A DNA stretch of 64,000 bases from Candidatus Aminicenantes bacterium (GTDB lineage: Bacteria; Acidobacteriota; Aminicenantia; Aminicenantales; Saccharicenantaceae): positions 14,494-78,493 of the forward strand of contig JACIYI010000013.1 of the NCBI GenBank assembly GCA_014360005.1, written 5' to 3'. Every line of letters begins with the position of its first letter. Within the stretch, counting starts at the first letter, position 1. A program made the position numbers and the translations under genes. Under the pieces are notes generated by a model, which worked only from the letters and a program-made list of their open reading frames with translations, was not told the origin of the DNA and did no database searches. Shown here piece after piece: positions 28,396 through 39,276 of the stretch.

Positions 28396-30330
28396 TTAAA
28401 ACAGAGAGAAGGCCAGGCGCACCAGCCAGCTCACCAGCACAGCCACCGTCAGGTTCAGAACAACGGAAACCAGAGCAATCCTGCGGCCCAGTTCTTTCCA
28501 GAGAATGGCCAGGGTGGACAGACAGGGAATGAAGAAGTTGACAAAGGTAACAAAGGTCAGGAGCTGAGCCCGGCTGATGACCGACAGCAACTGCCCATAA
28601 TCCACTCCCAGCGCCTGGAACATCATCAGCAGCGACAGCTCCTTGCGCAGGAAACCAAAGACCAGAGTTACGCCCAGGCTCTGGGGCAGGCCGAGCAGCC
28701 CGCTCACCAGAGGCGCCAGCACGGCGTTCATCAGCCGGTCAAAGTTGATGAAACTCAGGAAACTCAGCAGAACACTGCCGGCTATCAAGATGGGCCAGGC
28801 AAAGCGGACGAATTCCCTCAGGTTAAAATAAGTTTTCTGAACAATATTTTTAAGGGAGGGCCATTTCAGGCTGGGAATTTCCAGGATTAACCCGGGTGAG
28901 GAATACTTGAAGATCCGGGTCAGGATGGCACTGAGGACTGCAACCACCAGCAGGTTAAGAAAATAAAAACCCAGAGCCCACCAGGGCCCGAGCAAGAAGG
29001 CCACCAGGGCTAGGATGATGGTGGTCCGGGCGGCACAGGGAATGAAGGGAATCAGCAGGGCGGTTATGATTCTGTCCCGCTTGGATTCCAGGATGCGGGT
29101 GGCCATGATGGCCGGGACGTTGCAGCCGAAACCCAGAATAAAAAGCGGCACCGACTTGCCGTGCAGACCCAGCCGGTGCATAAAGGCATCCATTAGAAAA
29201 CCGGCCCGGGCCAGATAGCCAATATCTTCGAGAAAGCCCAGCAGCAGGAGAAGCGGAATAAAATAGGGAAAAACAATGGCCACTCCCCCGCCGATTCCCT
29301 GCACCAAGCCCACCAGCAGCTCAGCCAGCAGGTTCCGGCCATAGTGCTCCTGAAGACCGGTCCGCAGTGCTTCCCAGGGCTGGAGCAACCAGGCTTCCAG
29401 CGGGCTGCCCACTCTAAAGATTAAATAAAACATGCCGGCAAAAATTAGCAGCAGCAGGAACAACCCCAGCACCGGGTGCATAATCAGATTATCCAGTTTT
29501 TCCAGGCCGCTCAGCCGGGCATGCCTGACGCGGCAGCAATCCTCAAAAATTTTGAGGGCCAGGTGGTGGCGTTCAGCGGCCAGCACTTCGTAAGCCGGTG
29601 CTTCTCGCAGAGCCGAGATTTCCTGACGCACCAGGTCCAGTCCGGTTTTGAATTCCGGGTTATTTTCCATGAAGAATGTATCGACGGCCAGCGTTTCGGC
29701 TTCTATCGCCCGGATGGCGGTGAAACGGGGATTGGCAATGATGGGAAAATCGGCCGGCAGTCTTTCTGTTAGTTTTTTTATCCGGTTTTCAACCTCACCC
29801 GAGTACCGCAGGTGGCGGGACGATATTTCTTCGGTCAGAACCTTCTCAACGCCATCCATCAATTCCTTTGTTCCCTCGCCGCGGGTGGCCACCGTCCTGA
29901 TAACCGGAACTCCGAGCTTTTCTTCCAGGGCTACAGGGTCAATCTTCATTCCCTTTTTCTCGGCCAGGTCCATCATGTTCAGGACAACGACCATGGGATA
30001 TTCCAGCTCCAGCAACTCAACGGTTAATTCCAGGCTGCGGCAGAGAAGCGAGGCATCTATGACGTTGACTATGAGGTCTGGCTTTTCCTGGAAAATATGG
30101 GTCAGGACAACTTTTTCCTGGGGCTCCTGCGGCGTGAGAGAATAAGTCCCGGGTAGGTCAACGATGGAATAGAGCCGGCCTTTCCAAAGAACTTCGCTGT
30201 GGGCATGGGAGACGGTGGTCCCGGGAAAATTGGCCGTCTGGGCCTTGAAGCCGGCGATAGCGTTAAAGAGGGTGCTCTTGCCGCAATTGGGCTGTCCGAT
30301 AAAGACTATTACCGGGACCCTATCTTTCAT
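28396..30330 (-). CDS. feoB: ferrous iron transporter B
   Basis: N-terminal G-domain 'GQPNCGKSTLFN', 'DLPGTYSL', followed by polytopic gate domains. Confidence 0.95.
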   Translation of the reverse strand: MKDRVPVIVFIGQPNCGKSTLFNAIAGFKAQTANFPGTTVSHAHSEVLWKGRLYSIVDLPGTYSLTPQEPQEKVVLTHIFQEKPDLIVNVIDASLLCRSLELTVELLELEYPMVVVLNMMDLAEKKGMKIDPVALEEKLGVPVIRTVATRGEGTKELMDGVEKVLTEEISSRHLRYSGEVENRIKKLTERLPADFPIIANPRFTAIRAIEAETLAVDTFFMENNPEFKTGLDLVRQEISALREAPAYEVLAAERHHLALKIFEDCCRVRHARLSGLEKLDNLIMHPVLGLFLLLLIFAGMFYLIFRVGSPLEAWLLQPWEALRTGLQEHYGRNLLAELLVGLVQGIGGGVAIVFPYFIPLLLLLGFLEDIGYLARAGFLMDAFMHRLGLHGKSVPLFILGFGCNVPAIMATRILESKRDRIITALLIPFIPCAARTTIILALVAFLLGPWWALGFYFLNLLVVAVLSAILTRIFKYSSPGLILEIPSLKWPSLKNIVQKTYFNLREFVRFAWPILIAGSVLLSFLSFINFDRLMNAVLAPLVSGLLGLPQSLGVTLVFGFLRKELSLLMMFQALGVDYGQLLSVISRAQLLTFVTFVNFFIPCLSTLAILWKELGRRIALVSVVLNLTVAVLVSWLVRLAFSLF

Positions 30331-30620
30331 TGACCCTCAACCGGTTCCACCAGGATTTTCCGGGCAATCCCCCGCCCGAGGGCAATTCTGGTGTCGCTGG
30401 TCAAATTTCGGACCAGAACCGGCCCGCCTAAAAGAGCTTCTCCGTCCAGAGAAATCAAGTCTCCCCGATGGAAGCCGAGAGCCAGCAACCGCCGGTGCAG
30501 TCCCGGACCGCCGCTGATTTCCACAATCCGGAAATTCCGGCTCTGGGGTATTTCTAGAAGGGTATATAACCGCCCGCTAACCGGGTTGTCTTCTATCTGA
30601 TTTTTTCTGTGTCCGAACAT
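30327..30620 (-). CDS. feoA: FeoA-family protein
   Basis: 97 aa, SH3-like FeoA pattern 'RLLALGF.RGD.I'; 4-nt overlap with feoB. Confidence 0.8.
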   Translation of the reverse strand: MFGHRKNQIEDNPVSGRLYTLLEIPQSRNFRIVEISGGPGLHRRLLALGFHRGDLISLDGEALLGGPVLVRNLTSDTRIALGRGIARKILVEPVEGQ

Positions 30621-30804
30621 GGCCTTCTTTCGTGAGCCTGAATTATTAACAATACATTATATGCTTTTCTGAAGGCAAGTTTTAGAGACCGGCCATTTAT
30701 TTTTAATTTTTTTCCTCTCCGTTAAGAAGCAGCCGGTCTTGGTCTCTTGGCCGTCTTTAATTTCTTTGGGGAATCTGCCATAATGCTTAAATCAGGAGGT
30801 CATC

Positions 30805-32856
30805 ATGAATAAATTCCCCCTCAAGCAATTAAAAATTTCCTTAACGCTGCTGGTGCTTTTCCTCTGGCTTCTGCTGCCGGCAGCTGCCGACGAGGGCCTA
30901 TGGCCTTACAACCTGGTACCCAAGGATTATCTGGCCAAGAAATATAAGTTCCGGGTGACAGACGACTGGCTTAACCATCTTCGTCTGGCTTCAGTCCGCT
31001 TCGGCGGAGCCTCGGCTTCTTTTGTCTCGCCCGATGGATTGGTGCTGACCAACCACCATGTCGGCCGCGGAGCCATCCAGAATTTATCCACGGCCGAGCG
31101 CAACCTGATTAAAACCGGTTTCTATGCCAGAACCAGACAGGAAGAATTGAAATGCCCCGGCACCCAGCTCTGGGTTCTGCAGGAGATTGAAGATGTCACC
31201 AACCTGGTCCTGGGCGCGGAAAAACCCGGAATGTCGGCCCAGGAAGTGTTGGCGGCCAGACAGAAAGCCATGGCTGACATCCAGAAGGAAGCCAGCGAGA
31301 AATCTGGTCTGCGCTGCCAGGTGGTTTCTCTTTATTCTGGCAGCATGTATCATCTTTATAAGTACAAAATCTACACCGATGTCCGTCTGGTCTTTGCGCC
31401 CGAAGAAGACATCGCTTTCTTCGGAGGCGACCCCGATAATTTTACCTATCCCCGCTATGACCTGGACATCTCTATTTTCCGGGTGTACGAAAATGACCAG
31501 CCCCTGAAGGCACCTCATTACCTGAAATGGAAATCCTCGCCGCTTAAAGAAGGCGACCTAGTTTTCTGTTCCGGCAATCCCGGTTCCACCGGTCGGATGC
31601 TCACTTATGACCAGCTGCTCTTCCTGCGCGACGTCAATTATCCCTTTACCATTGCCAACCTGAAGAGAAGGCAGGCGGTGCTGCATGAATATGCCAGCCG
31701 GGGGCCGGAACAGGAAAGAATCGCCCTGAACACCCTGTTCGGCGTCGAAAACAGACTCAAAGCCACAACCGGTTACAATTCTGGACTGCTGGACGAGAAC
31801 CTGATGGCCAAGAAGCTGGCCGAAGAACAGGCCATCCGGAAGGCCATAGCAGCCGACCCGGAACTGGCCAAGGAATATGGCCAGGCCTGGGAGGAGATAG
31901 CTCAGGCCCAGAAGGAATATGCTTCCTTTTTCAAAGAATACATGCTGTTTGAAAGAGCTAATGCTTTCAACACGGTTTATTTCAACCTGGCCCGGTCACT
32001 GGTCAGAGGCGCCCAGAGAGAGCGGCCGGCTGGCGCTCCGGCTATGGCTGGCAGACGGATGCCGGCTGAGATTCATGACGACTTTGAAATCGTCAAGCTG
32101 GCTGATTCTCTCCAGCTGCTGAAAGAACAACTGCCCAACCTGCAGGAAACAAAATGGATCCTGGGCTGTCAGACTCCGGAAGAAGCGGCTAAAGCCCTGA
32201 TTTCTGGCACCAGACTGAAAGACCCTGAATTCAGGAAAAAGTTAGCCGCGGGCGGAGCTGAAGCCATAAATATGTGCAACGACCCGATGATCAAGCTGGC
32301 CCTGATGGTCGAGCCCTTATCTCAGGGAGTCCGCGAGCGCTATGCAAAAAGAGTCCAGGCCGTAGAAACTAAGAACGGCACTCTGGTGGCCAGAGCCATC
32401 TTCAAATTAAAAGGAACCTCCATTCCACCCGACGCCACCGGCACTCTGCGTTTGAGTTTTGGTCTGGTTAAGGGATATGTGGAAAACGGCCAGAAAATTC
32501 CTTTCCAGACCACCTTGGCCGGCTTATATAAAAAGGCCCAGGAAAAGAATTTCCAGTCTCCCTGGTCTCTGCCCAAGCGCTGGCTGCAGAGAAAACCTGC
32601 CCTGAATCTCAAGGTGCCGATAAACTTCGTGGCCACGATCGATTCCATCGGCGGTAACTCTGGTTCCCCGGTGGTTAATAGAAAGGGCGAATTTGTCGGG
32701 GCTCTGTTTGATGGTAACATCCAGTCGCTGCCGACCAGGTTCGTTTATGAAGAAAAAATCAGCCGGTCGGTCATGGTTCATGCTGACGGCATCATTGAGG
32801 CCCTGCTCAAGGTTTACGATGCCAGGCCGCTGGTAGACGAACTGCTGGGCCGTTAG
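30805..32856 (+). CDS. S46-family serine peptidase (dipeptidyl-peptidase 7/11-like)
   Basis: Signal peptide then 'DEGLWP'; catalytic blocks 'LTNHHVG' and 'GGNSGSPVVN..GE.VG..FDGN'. Confidence 0.85.
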   Translation: MNKFPLKQLKISLTLLVLFLWLLLPAAADEGLWPYNLVPKDYLAKKYKFRVTDDWLNHLRLASVRFGGASASFVSPDGLVLTNHHVGRGAIQNLSTAERNLIKTGFYARTRQEELKCPGTQLWVLQEIEDVTNLVLGAEKPGMSAQEVLAARQKAMADIQKEASEKSGLRCQVVSLYSGSMYHLYKYKIYTDVRLVFAPEEDIAFFGGDPDNFTYPRYDLDISIFRVYENDQPLKAPHYLKWKSSPLKEGDLVFCSGNPGSTGRMLTYDQLLFLRDVNYPFTIANLKRRQAVLHEYASRGPEQERIALNTLFGVENRLKATTGYNSGLLDENLMAKKLAEEQAIRKAIAADPELAKEYGQAWEEIAQAQKEYASFFKEYMLFERANAFNTVYFNLARSLVRGAQRERPAGAPAMAGRRMPAEIHDDFEIVKLADSLQLLKEQLPNLQETKWILGCQTPEEAAKALISGTRLKDPEFRKKLAAGGAEAINMCNDPMIKLALMVEPLSQGVRERYAKRVQAVETKNGTLVARAIFKLKGTSIPPDATGTLRLSFGLVKGYVENGQKIPFQTTLAGLYKKAQEKNFQSPWSLPKRWLQRKPALNLKVPINFVATIDSIGGNSGSPVVNRKGEFVGALFDGNIQSLPTRFVYEEKISRSVMVHADGIIEALLKVYDARPLVDELLGR

Positions 32857-32940
32857 TCATGGCAAAGAAAATAAATCATCCGGGGTGGGCTGAGGCTAAA
32901 AAAGAGCCGGCCTGACCCCGTTAATACTGAGGGACAGGAG

Positions 32941-33357
32941 ATGAAAAGCTGGACTGAGTATCTCTGGTTTCAAACTGGACAGCGGCAACAACTCCTTAAC
33001 ATCACCGACCGCGTGCAGGAAGCCGTCCGACAGAGCGGCATAAGAGAGGGGCTGTGCCTGGTGAATGCCATGCACATCACCGCCAGCGTCTTCATTAACG
33101 ACGACGAAAGCGGTCTGCACCAGGACTTCTTCCAGTGGCTGGAGAAGCTGGCTCCCCACTCCCCCGGTTCCTACCGCCACAACCTGACCGGCGAAACCAA
33201 CGCCGATGCCCACCTGAAAAGGACCATTATGGGACGGGAAGTGGTAGTGGCCGTAACCAACGGAAAATTGGACCTTGGCCCCTGGGAGCAGATTTTTTAC
33301 GGGGAGTTTGATGGAAAGCGCCGCAAGCGGGTACTGATTAAGATTATAGGAGAATGA
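32941..33357 (+). CDS. yjbQ: YjbQ/UPF0047 family (secondary thiamine-phosphate synthase) protein
   Basis: 138 aa; '[15 protein letters not shown]', 'NADAHLK', 'G.WEQIFY.EFDG.R.R' motifs. Confidence 0.8.
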   Translation: MKSWTEYLWFQTGQRQQLLNITDRVQEAVRQSGIREGLCLVNAMHITASVFINDDESGLHQDFFQWLEKLAPHSPGSYRHNLTGETNADAHLKRTIMGREVVVAVTNGKLDLGPWEQIFYGEFDGKRRKRVLIKIIGE

Positions 33358-33395
33358 AATCGCAAATTAGAATATCAAAACAAATGGAGGGGCCT

Positions 33396-33596
33396 ATGAA
33401 CCACCCCGAGCGCCAAAAAACTCCTGGCAGGCTGGGAATGGGAATAGCGGTCGGACTGGCAGCTGGGGCTCTGGCCGGGGCCATCATCGGGCTGGTTTCC
33501 AGGAATGTTGCCCTGTGGCTGGCGGTGGGGGTCGGAGCCGGTCTGATTTTCGGAGTGGCCATCGGCCTGGCCCTTTCGGGAAGACCCCGCCTATAA
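33396..33596 (+). CDS. small glycine-zipper membrane protein
   Basis: Gly/Ala-rich double TM segment; start chosen at the ATG preceded by GGAGGGG; function unknown. Confidence 0.4.
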   Translation: MNHPERQKTPGRLGMGIAVGLAAGALAGAIIGLVSRNVALWLAVGVGAGLIFGVAIGLALSGRPRL

Positions 33597-33689
33597 TTCC
33601 AGCAGGAACAGCCGGGCCCTGGTCTGGCCCCTTTTAATTTGAACCGAAAATTTTCTTTTGCTAACATAGCTGGTTGAGGGGTTCGGGCC

Positions 33690-34247
33690 ATGCTGGCCGG
33701 GCAGATTTACCGCAAGGGCTACCTGGTGGCTGATATCCTGACCTCAGCCAGGGGGATAATTGCTTTATATCTTGGTTACATCTGCTGGCAGGGACGGTTT
33801 GTTCTCGACACCTTCATGGTTTTGATTTTCGCAGCCTGGCTCAGCGACTGCATCGATGGCTACTTTGCCCGCAGAAGCTACCGCCTCGGGCATCTGGCTG
33901 ACCTGGACGGCTGGGTTGATTGGGCTATTTATATCATCACCCTGACCTATGGCACCTTGCTTGGCCATTATTCCTGGTCTTTCCTGGCTGCCTTCGTCGG
34001 CCTCAATGTCCTGGCCTTCTGGATCAGCAAGTCCATTTATGTCAACCAGGCTTTCCATTTCCTTTACATCCTGCTTGGTTTCAGGACGGTCTGGCTGGAA
34101 TCAGTCTTCTGGCGGAAATTCTTTATCCTGTGGGTAGCCGGGGTCATCTTTTTTAAGCGCAAGAGGTTGCTGGTTCAAATCCGCGAATTCCTTTCCGGCT
34201 GGAATTATCTCCTGCACGGCAAATCCTCCAGGGCCAACCGGGCTTAA
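33690..34247 (+). CDS. CDP-alcohol phosphatidyltransferase-like membrane protein
   Basis: 'DCIDGYFARR....G...D.D' approximates the DG(x)2AR...G(x)3D(x)3D motif; polytopic. Confidence 0.5.
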   Translation: MLAGQIYRKGYLVADILTSARGIIALYLGYICWQGRFVLDTFMVLIFAAWLSDCIDGYFARRSYRLGHLADLDGWVDWAIYIITLTYGTLLGHYSWSFLAAFVGLNVLAFWISKSIYVNQAFHFLYILLGFRTVWLESVFWRKFFILWVAGVIFFKRKRLLVQIREFLSGWNYLLHGKSSRANRA

Positions 34248-34255
34248 AAAGTTGT

Positions 34256-34274
34256 CGCTGGCTTGCTGCCAGCG
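34256..34274 (+). terminator. hairpin downstream of the CDP-alcohol transferase-like gene
   Basis: CGCTGGC-ttgct-GCCAGCG perfect 7-bp stem; weak U-tract. Confidence 0.4.
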
Positions 34275-34487
34275 GCTTCCATCTGATTCATTATCTACCA
34301 GACCGGGGCTGGTGCCATCACCTCAAAACCAGACCCAATTCTTAACTTAAAAAATCCCTGTGATTACTGATGTCGGAATTTCTATTGCTTTCTGCAGGGC
34401 CAGCCTTTTTTCCAGGAAGATTCTTTCGCTTCTGGAATTTATTTTGCCTAAAATTGACTGAACTAAAATTTTGAAGCTGAAACCAAT

Positions 34488-36122
34488 CTACCTGACCACC
34501 AGGCGGCTAAACGGATAAACACAGGCCTGAAGAAAAACCAGCAGGGCTACCAGAGCGGCCAGAACCAGGCTGTGCCAGAAAACGAAGCGCAGGATGCGGC
34601 CTTCATGCCCGTACCAGCGGGTGGCGGTGCTGGCCACCACGATGCTCTGAGCATCAATCATCTTGCCCATCACTCCACCCGAGCTGTTGGCCGCAGCCAT
34701 CAGGACTGGACTCAGCCCGAGCTGCTCGGCGGTGATTTTCTGCAGGCTTCCGAACAGCACGTTGGAAGAAGTATCGGAGCCGGTCAGGGCTACACCCAGC
34801 CAGCCCAGCAGGGTGCCGAAGAAAGGATAGAGAACCCCCGTCCTGGCAAAAGCCAGCCCCAGGGTAGCATCCATCCCTGAATACCTGGTTATATAACCAA
34901 GGGCCAGCATGGCCGAAACGGTCAGCAGTGAAAACTGCACCCGCTTGAGAGTTTTTCCATAAATCAACAGCATTCTTTTCAGGCTGAAGCGCATCAAAAA
35001 GCCAGAAAGAAGCGCGGCCACCAGAATCCCCGTTCCGGTAAAAGACAGAAAATTGAAGCGAAATACCGCCGCTTCCGCTGCTGGTGCCGGACTGACCGGC
35101 GGCATTCTCAAGACCTGCTGATGAAGACCTGGCACAGCAAAAGATGGTGAAAAAATTGAATCAAGAATTTTTTTGAACTGTGGAATTCCCCAGATAAAAA
35201 TGACCAGACTGAGGATAAGCCAGGGAGCCGCCGCCTGGAAAAGGGCTCGGCTGTTCAGATTTTTCTCTTTCATTTCAGTCGGGCCAAAGCTTTCAGGCGA
35301 ATAGACTTTCTTTGGCTTCCAGAACCTGAGGAGAATTATCAGCGCTGCCAGTGAGACCAGGGATGCAACCACCCCGGCCAGCCAGGGGCCGTGGAAATTG
35401 GAGATTAAGGCCTGAGGAACAGCAAAGGATAAACCGGCCACCAGAGCCGCCGGCCAGATTTCCAGCATCTTCCGCCAACCGCAGAAAACTGCTATCAGCC
35501 AGAAGGGAATGAGGATGGAAAAGAAAGGAAGCTGGCGGCCGACCATGGCACTGAGCTGGTGCAGGTCCAGGCCGGTAACTCCAGCCAGGGCCACGATGGG
35601 TGTGCCCAGGGCCCCGTAAGCCACCGGCGCGGTGTTGGCAATCAGCGACAGCCCGGAAGCCTGGAGCGGCGGGAAACCTAACCCAATGAGCAAAGCAGCT
35701 GTGATAGCTACCGGCGTGCCAAACCCGGCCGCACTTTCAAAAAAAGCTCCGAAGCAAAAAGCAATCAAGAGTAGCTGCAGGCGTCGGTCTGATGTCACGC
35801 TGGCCATGTTCTCCCGCAGCACCTGGATGGCTCCCCGGTCCAGGCAGAGCTCATAAAGAAAGATAGCGTTCAAGATTATCCAGCCAATGGGGAAAAGCCC
35901 GTAGACAGCACCAAAGCCGGTTGAGAGAAGAGTCTTATCCGCCGGCATCCTGAAGACCAGGATAGCAATCAGAAACGAAGCCATCAGCCCCGACAGGGCG
36001 GCCACGTGGGCTTTAAGTTTCAGGAAGGCCAGCCCGCCCAGCAAGACCACAATCGGCAGAGCTGCCAGCAGGGTTGACAGCCAGGGGGCATTTAAAGGGT
36101 CATAAACCTGGGCCCACGGCAT
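34488..36122 (-). CDS. lctP: L-lactate permease (LctP family)
   Basis: 544 aa; N-terminus 'W.Q.YDP......LS.L.A..P' and overall LctP-like polytopic pattern. Confidence 0.8.
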   Translation of the reverse strand: MPWAQVYDPLNAPWLSTLLAALPIVVLLGGLAFLKLKAHVAALSGLMASFLIAILVFRMPADKTLLSTGFGAVYGLFPIGWIILNAIFLYELCLDRGAIQVLRENMASVTSDRRLQLLLIAFCFGAFFESAAGFGTPVAITAALLIGLGFPPLQASGLSLIANTAPVAYGALGTPIVALAGVTGLDLHQLSAMVGRQLPFFSILIPFWLIAVFCGWRKMLEIWPAALVAGLSFAVPQALISNFHGPWLAGVVASLVSLAALIILLRFWKPKKVYSPESFGPTEMKEKNLNSRALFQAAAPWLILSLVIFIWGIPQFKKILDSIFSPSFAVPGLHQQVLRMPPVSPAPAAEAAVFRFNFLSFTGTGILVAALLSGFLMRFSLKRMLLIYGKTLKRVQFSLLTVSAMLALGYITRYSGMDATLGLAFARTGVLYPFFGTLLGWLGVALTGSDTSSNVLFGSLQKITAEQLGLSPVLMAAANSSGGVMGKMIDAQSIVVASTATRWYGHEGRILRFVFWHSLVLAALVALLVFLQACVYPFSRLVVR

Positions 36123-36332
36123 CCAGCCTCCAGCTTCAAAGAATTATGGAATCCTTTTATGAACTTTCCGCCCTTTTGTCAACCGCCTGGAATAACTGTG
36201 GTTATAAACCTCGGAGGCCATCCCTCGACATTGTTTTCCATTAGAATTTAAGATGAGGCCGCGCCCTGGCTGCCCCCAACTTTCCCGGCCGCGTTAAATT
36301 GAAGATGCCCAGACTATTGATAATTTTAACAG

Positions 36333-36569
36333 TTATTGCGGTTTCTGCTGATTCAGTTCTTCCTGTTTAGATTTCTTACGCTCGGACAGCAGAGCCACCA
36401 TCAACCCGGCCACAAAACCCGCGGCCGCGGTAATCAACAGCAGCAGAATATGAGGCATTTCCACCGTGGCCAACAGAAAATGAGTCTTAACCGGTTCGCG
36501 ATTCTGAATAATGATAATGGCCAGAAGAATGACCACAACTATTAAAACTACCAGCCAGGCTTTTCGCAT
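36333..36569 (-). CDS. LapA-domain (DUF1049) small membrane protein
   Basis: Start moved to ATG 36569 (AAGGAGG SD); two TM segments flanking 'QN..PV...F' as in LapA/YciS. Confidence 0.6.
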   Translation of the reverse strand: MRKAWLVVLIVVVILLAIIIIQNREPVKTHFLLATVEMPHILLLLITAAAGFVAGLMVALLSERKKSKQEELNQQKPQ

Positions 36570-36619
36570 TTTGCCCTCCTTAAGTTTAATTCTACAATAT
36601 AGGGCTGTCCAGAGCAAAA

Positions 36620-37729
36620 CTATTCGTGCTTCCATTTCAGGGCATAGACCACCAGCGAATCAAATCCGCTTTCATCTTGCTGGCAGCAGTAAAGCTTTTC
36701 CTTTTTGCCCAGCAGCAATGTACCCTTCAGAGGAATCCTGGTGATAAACCTCCCTCTCTCATCAAAGACATCATGAACATACCCACCTTCGCTCGCTTGC
36801 TCAAATGTCTGGACGAAAAGTCTTCCCTTATCGTCACAGATAAAGCGGCCAAAACCCGGGTGGTATTCAAGCCTGAACTGTACCTCACCTGAAAAATTTC
36901 GTTTTTGCTTTTCTTTTTCTTCCTCGGTAATCCTGACCAGCGAAAAGGCTTTGCTCAACTTACGCAAAAGTTTTCCCTCGGAATCATAAAACTCAAGCCC
37001 ATAATCTTCAGGCCGGCCGAAAACAAGCCTTTCATCAGATGTCATTTGCCAGTAAGGAAAGGGAGCAAAGGGATCAAGGGGTTTATCCGGTTCAGGTATC
37101 GGATAACGCGCTATTTCCATAATCAAATTCATCTGGCCAGCAAATTTAAGTAGCTTAACGGCAGGATGAGACTCGAGCCAGCCAGGTTCAAAGGCGTATA
37201 TATTACCCTCCCGGTCAAACCTGGGAAAGTAAAGCAGGAATCCTTTGGTCGAAAAGGACCTTAAAAAATTCCCAGTCCTGGAGAAAATAGAAATCTTACG
37301 GCTGAGGTCATTGATCGCTACTGTATCATCAGAAACGAAGATGCTCTGAACCGGGCCAAGTTCACCCGGTCCCTGTCCGGGTCGGCCGAATTTTCTCAAA
37401 AATCTACCATGTGGATCATAAACAAATACAGCCGCATCTCTTGACGACAATATGTAGATATTACCTTCATCGTCTATATCCACGGACCCCGAGGCCCCGA
37501 TAGAGCTGAATGCACCTTCCCCTGTCGCTTCTGCTCCTCCTATGACCAGCTCTTTCTCCAGCTTCAGGACTTCCCCCTGATAAATCGGTTCTTTAGGGTT
37601 GCTGATGATGGTAATACCGCCTTCCTGCCTGATAGTCCCCTTCCAGGCTTCTTTCTCCCGTCCGCAACTCGAGATAAGCAAAATCAACGCCAGAATAATA
37701 ATAAAAAGCGTATAGTTTGGAGATCTCAA
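36620..37729 (-). CDS. 6-bladed beta-propeller (NHL-like) lipoprotein
   Basis: Lipobox 'LISSCG'; recurring '..D.(E/D)GNIY(I/A)..' / 'DD.GRLFV' / 'D.RGRFI' blade motifs; more AT-rich than surroundings. Confidence 0.6.
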   Translation of the reverse strand: MRSPNYTLFIIILALILLISSCGREKEAWKGTIRQEGGITIISNPKEPIYQGEVLKLEKELVIGGAEATGEGAFSSIGASGSVDIDDEGNIYILSSRDAAVFVYDPHGRFLRKFGRPGQGPGELGPVQSIFVSDDTVAINDLSRKISIFSRTGNFLRSFSTKGFLLYFPRFDREGNIYAFEPGWLESHPAVKLLKFAGQMNLIMEIARYPIPEPDKPLDPFAPFPYWQMTSDERLVFGRPEDYGLEFYDSEGKLLRKLSKAFSLVRITEEEKEKQKRNFSGEVQFRLEYHPGFGRFICDDKGRLFVQTFEQASEGGYVHDVFDERGRFITRIPLKGTLLLGKKEKLYCCQQDESGFDSLVVYALKWKHE

Positions 37730-37898
37730 ATCAGCCTCCCCTATCCGAACCCGGCCACATTTTTTTGATCAGCGGCTGACAGGCAAATCCATTTTTTCTC
37801 TTCTCTTATTCCTATCAGATTATTAAGCGCCAAGTCAATCCGGGTATTAACCGGACAGTTATTGAGTTTTCAGTTTTCACCGGTCTATTTTTTAAGTT

Positions 37899-39188
37899 AT
37901 GATGTTGGTAATGCCCGAATCAGTAGAGCCGAAACAAACTCTGCGAACAAAGCCTGGCCTCAGCCTTCTTTCTGCTTCGGCTATCAGCATCGGAGCCACA
38001 GTTGGAGCCGGCATTTTCGCTGTAACGGGCGTGGCGGCCGGTCTGGCTGGTTCTGCCCTCTTAATCTCTCTCTTGCTGGCGGCTGGAGCCACTATTTTTA
38101 CTGCCCTTAGCTTTATTCAGCTTATTGCCTGGAAACCGGCTGAGGGCAGCATCTATTTTTATGCCAGGCAGTTGATTTCCCCCTTTACCGGCTTTCTGGT
38201 CGGCTGGATGTGGGTCGTCTCTAATCTCTTTTCCGGGGCAGTGGTGGCCCTGAGCTTTGTCCATTATTTGGTTGAACTCACCGGACTCCGGACAATTAAG
38301 GTAAACTTGATAGCTGCGGCCCTTATTATAATCTTCACGGCAATTAATTCCATGGACATCGAAAAATCCACCGCTGTCAATAATCTCCTGGTTTTTCTAA
38401 AACTCTTCATCCTGCTAATATTCTTTGTTGTTGGGCTGTTTTTCATCAAACCGGAGAATTTGCAGCCACTCCACTTTTCCCCACCCGGTATTGTGCTCGG
38501 AGCCGCTATCATCTTTTTTGCTTTTCAGGGTTTTGCCCGGGTGGCCATTGTGGCTGAAGAAGTGAATAATCCTGCCAGAAACGTCCCCCGAGCCATCATC
38601 ATTTCCCTGTCCGTTTCAGCTTTGATTTACTTCTTGGTAACTTTTGTGGCCCTGGGCCTGGTAGGTGCGGCTAAATTAAGTCGGTCCGGAGCTCCGCTCG
38701 CGCTGGCCATCAGGCAGACTGGTTGGAACTGGATGGTCTCCCTGGTCAGTCTGGGTGGACTGCTGGCCACAGCCAGTGTTTTGCTGACAGCCATTCTGGG
38801 TATTTCCAGGATGCTTTTCGCCATGGCCCGGGAGGAGGACCTGCCATCTTTCCTTAAATCTGTCCATCCGAACTTCAGGACACCCCTAAAAGGGGTCTGG
38901 ATCTCCGGCCTGATCATGGCTGTTCTGGCCTATTGTTTTGACCTGGCCAGAGTGGCCTCGATCAGCTCTTTTTCTCTTCTTTTTTACTATTCCCTGGCCA
39001 ACATCAGCGCCCTGCGGCTCGAAAAAAAGGCAAAAAAATACCCGGAGGCGATACCCTATCTGGGTCTGATTTTGTGCCTGGGAATTGGACTTTCCCTGCT
39101 CTTTTCCAGAGCCTCAAATCTAACCATCATTCTGACCTGTCTGGCCGCCGGCAGCCTTATCTTTTTCATAAAATCCAGGATCAGATAG
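37899..39188 (+). CDS. APC-superfamily amino acid permease
   Basis: 429 aa, ~12 TM; 'SIGATVGAGIF' N-terminal APC signature. Confidence 0.8.
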   Translation: MMLVMPESVEPKQTLRTKPGLSLLSASAISIGATVGAGIFAVTGVAAGLAGSALLISLLLAAGATIFTALSFIQLIAWKPAEGSIYFYARQLISPFTGFLVGWMWVVSNLFSGAVVALSFVHYLVELTGLRTIKVNLIAAALIIIFTAINSMDIEKSTAVNNLLVFLKLFILLIFFVVGLFFIKPENLQPLHFSPPGIVLGAAIIFFAFQGFARVAIVAEEVNNPARNVPRAIIISLSVSALIYFLVTFVALGLVGAAKLSRSGAPLALAIRQTGWNWMVSLVSLGGLLATASVLLTAILGISRMLFAMAREEDLPSFLKSVHPNFRTPLKGVWISGLIMAVLAYCFDLARVASISSFSLLFYYSLANISALRLEKKAKKYPEAIPYLGLILCLGIGLSLLFSRASNLTIILTCLAAGSLIFFIKSRIR

Positions 39189-39276
39189 CCTTCCTATTTC
39201 TCCTTTGACTGCTTCCAGAAGTCATAAATGGCCATTCTAATTGACTTTAAGGCAAGTTTCTGTTAAAAATTAATAA

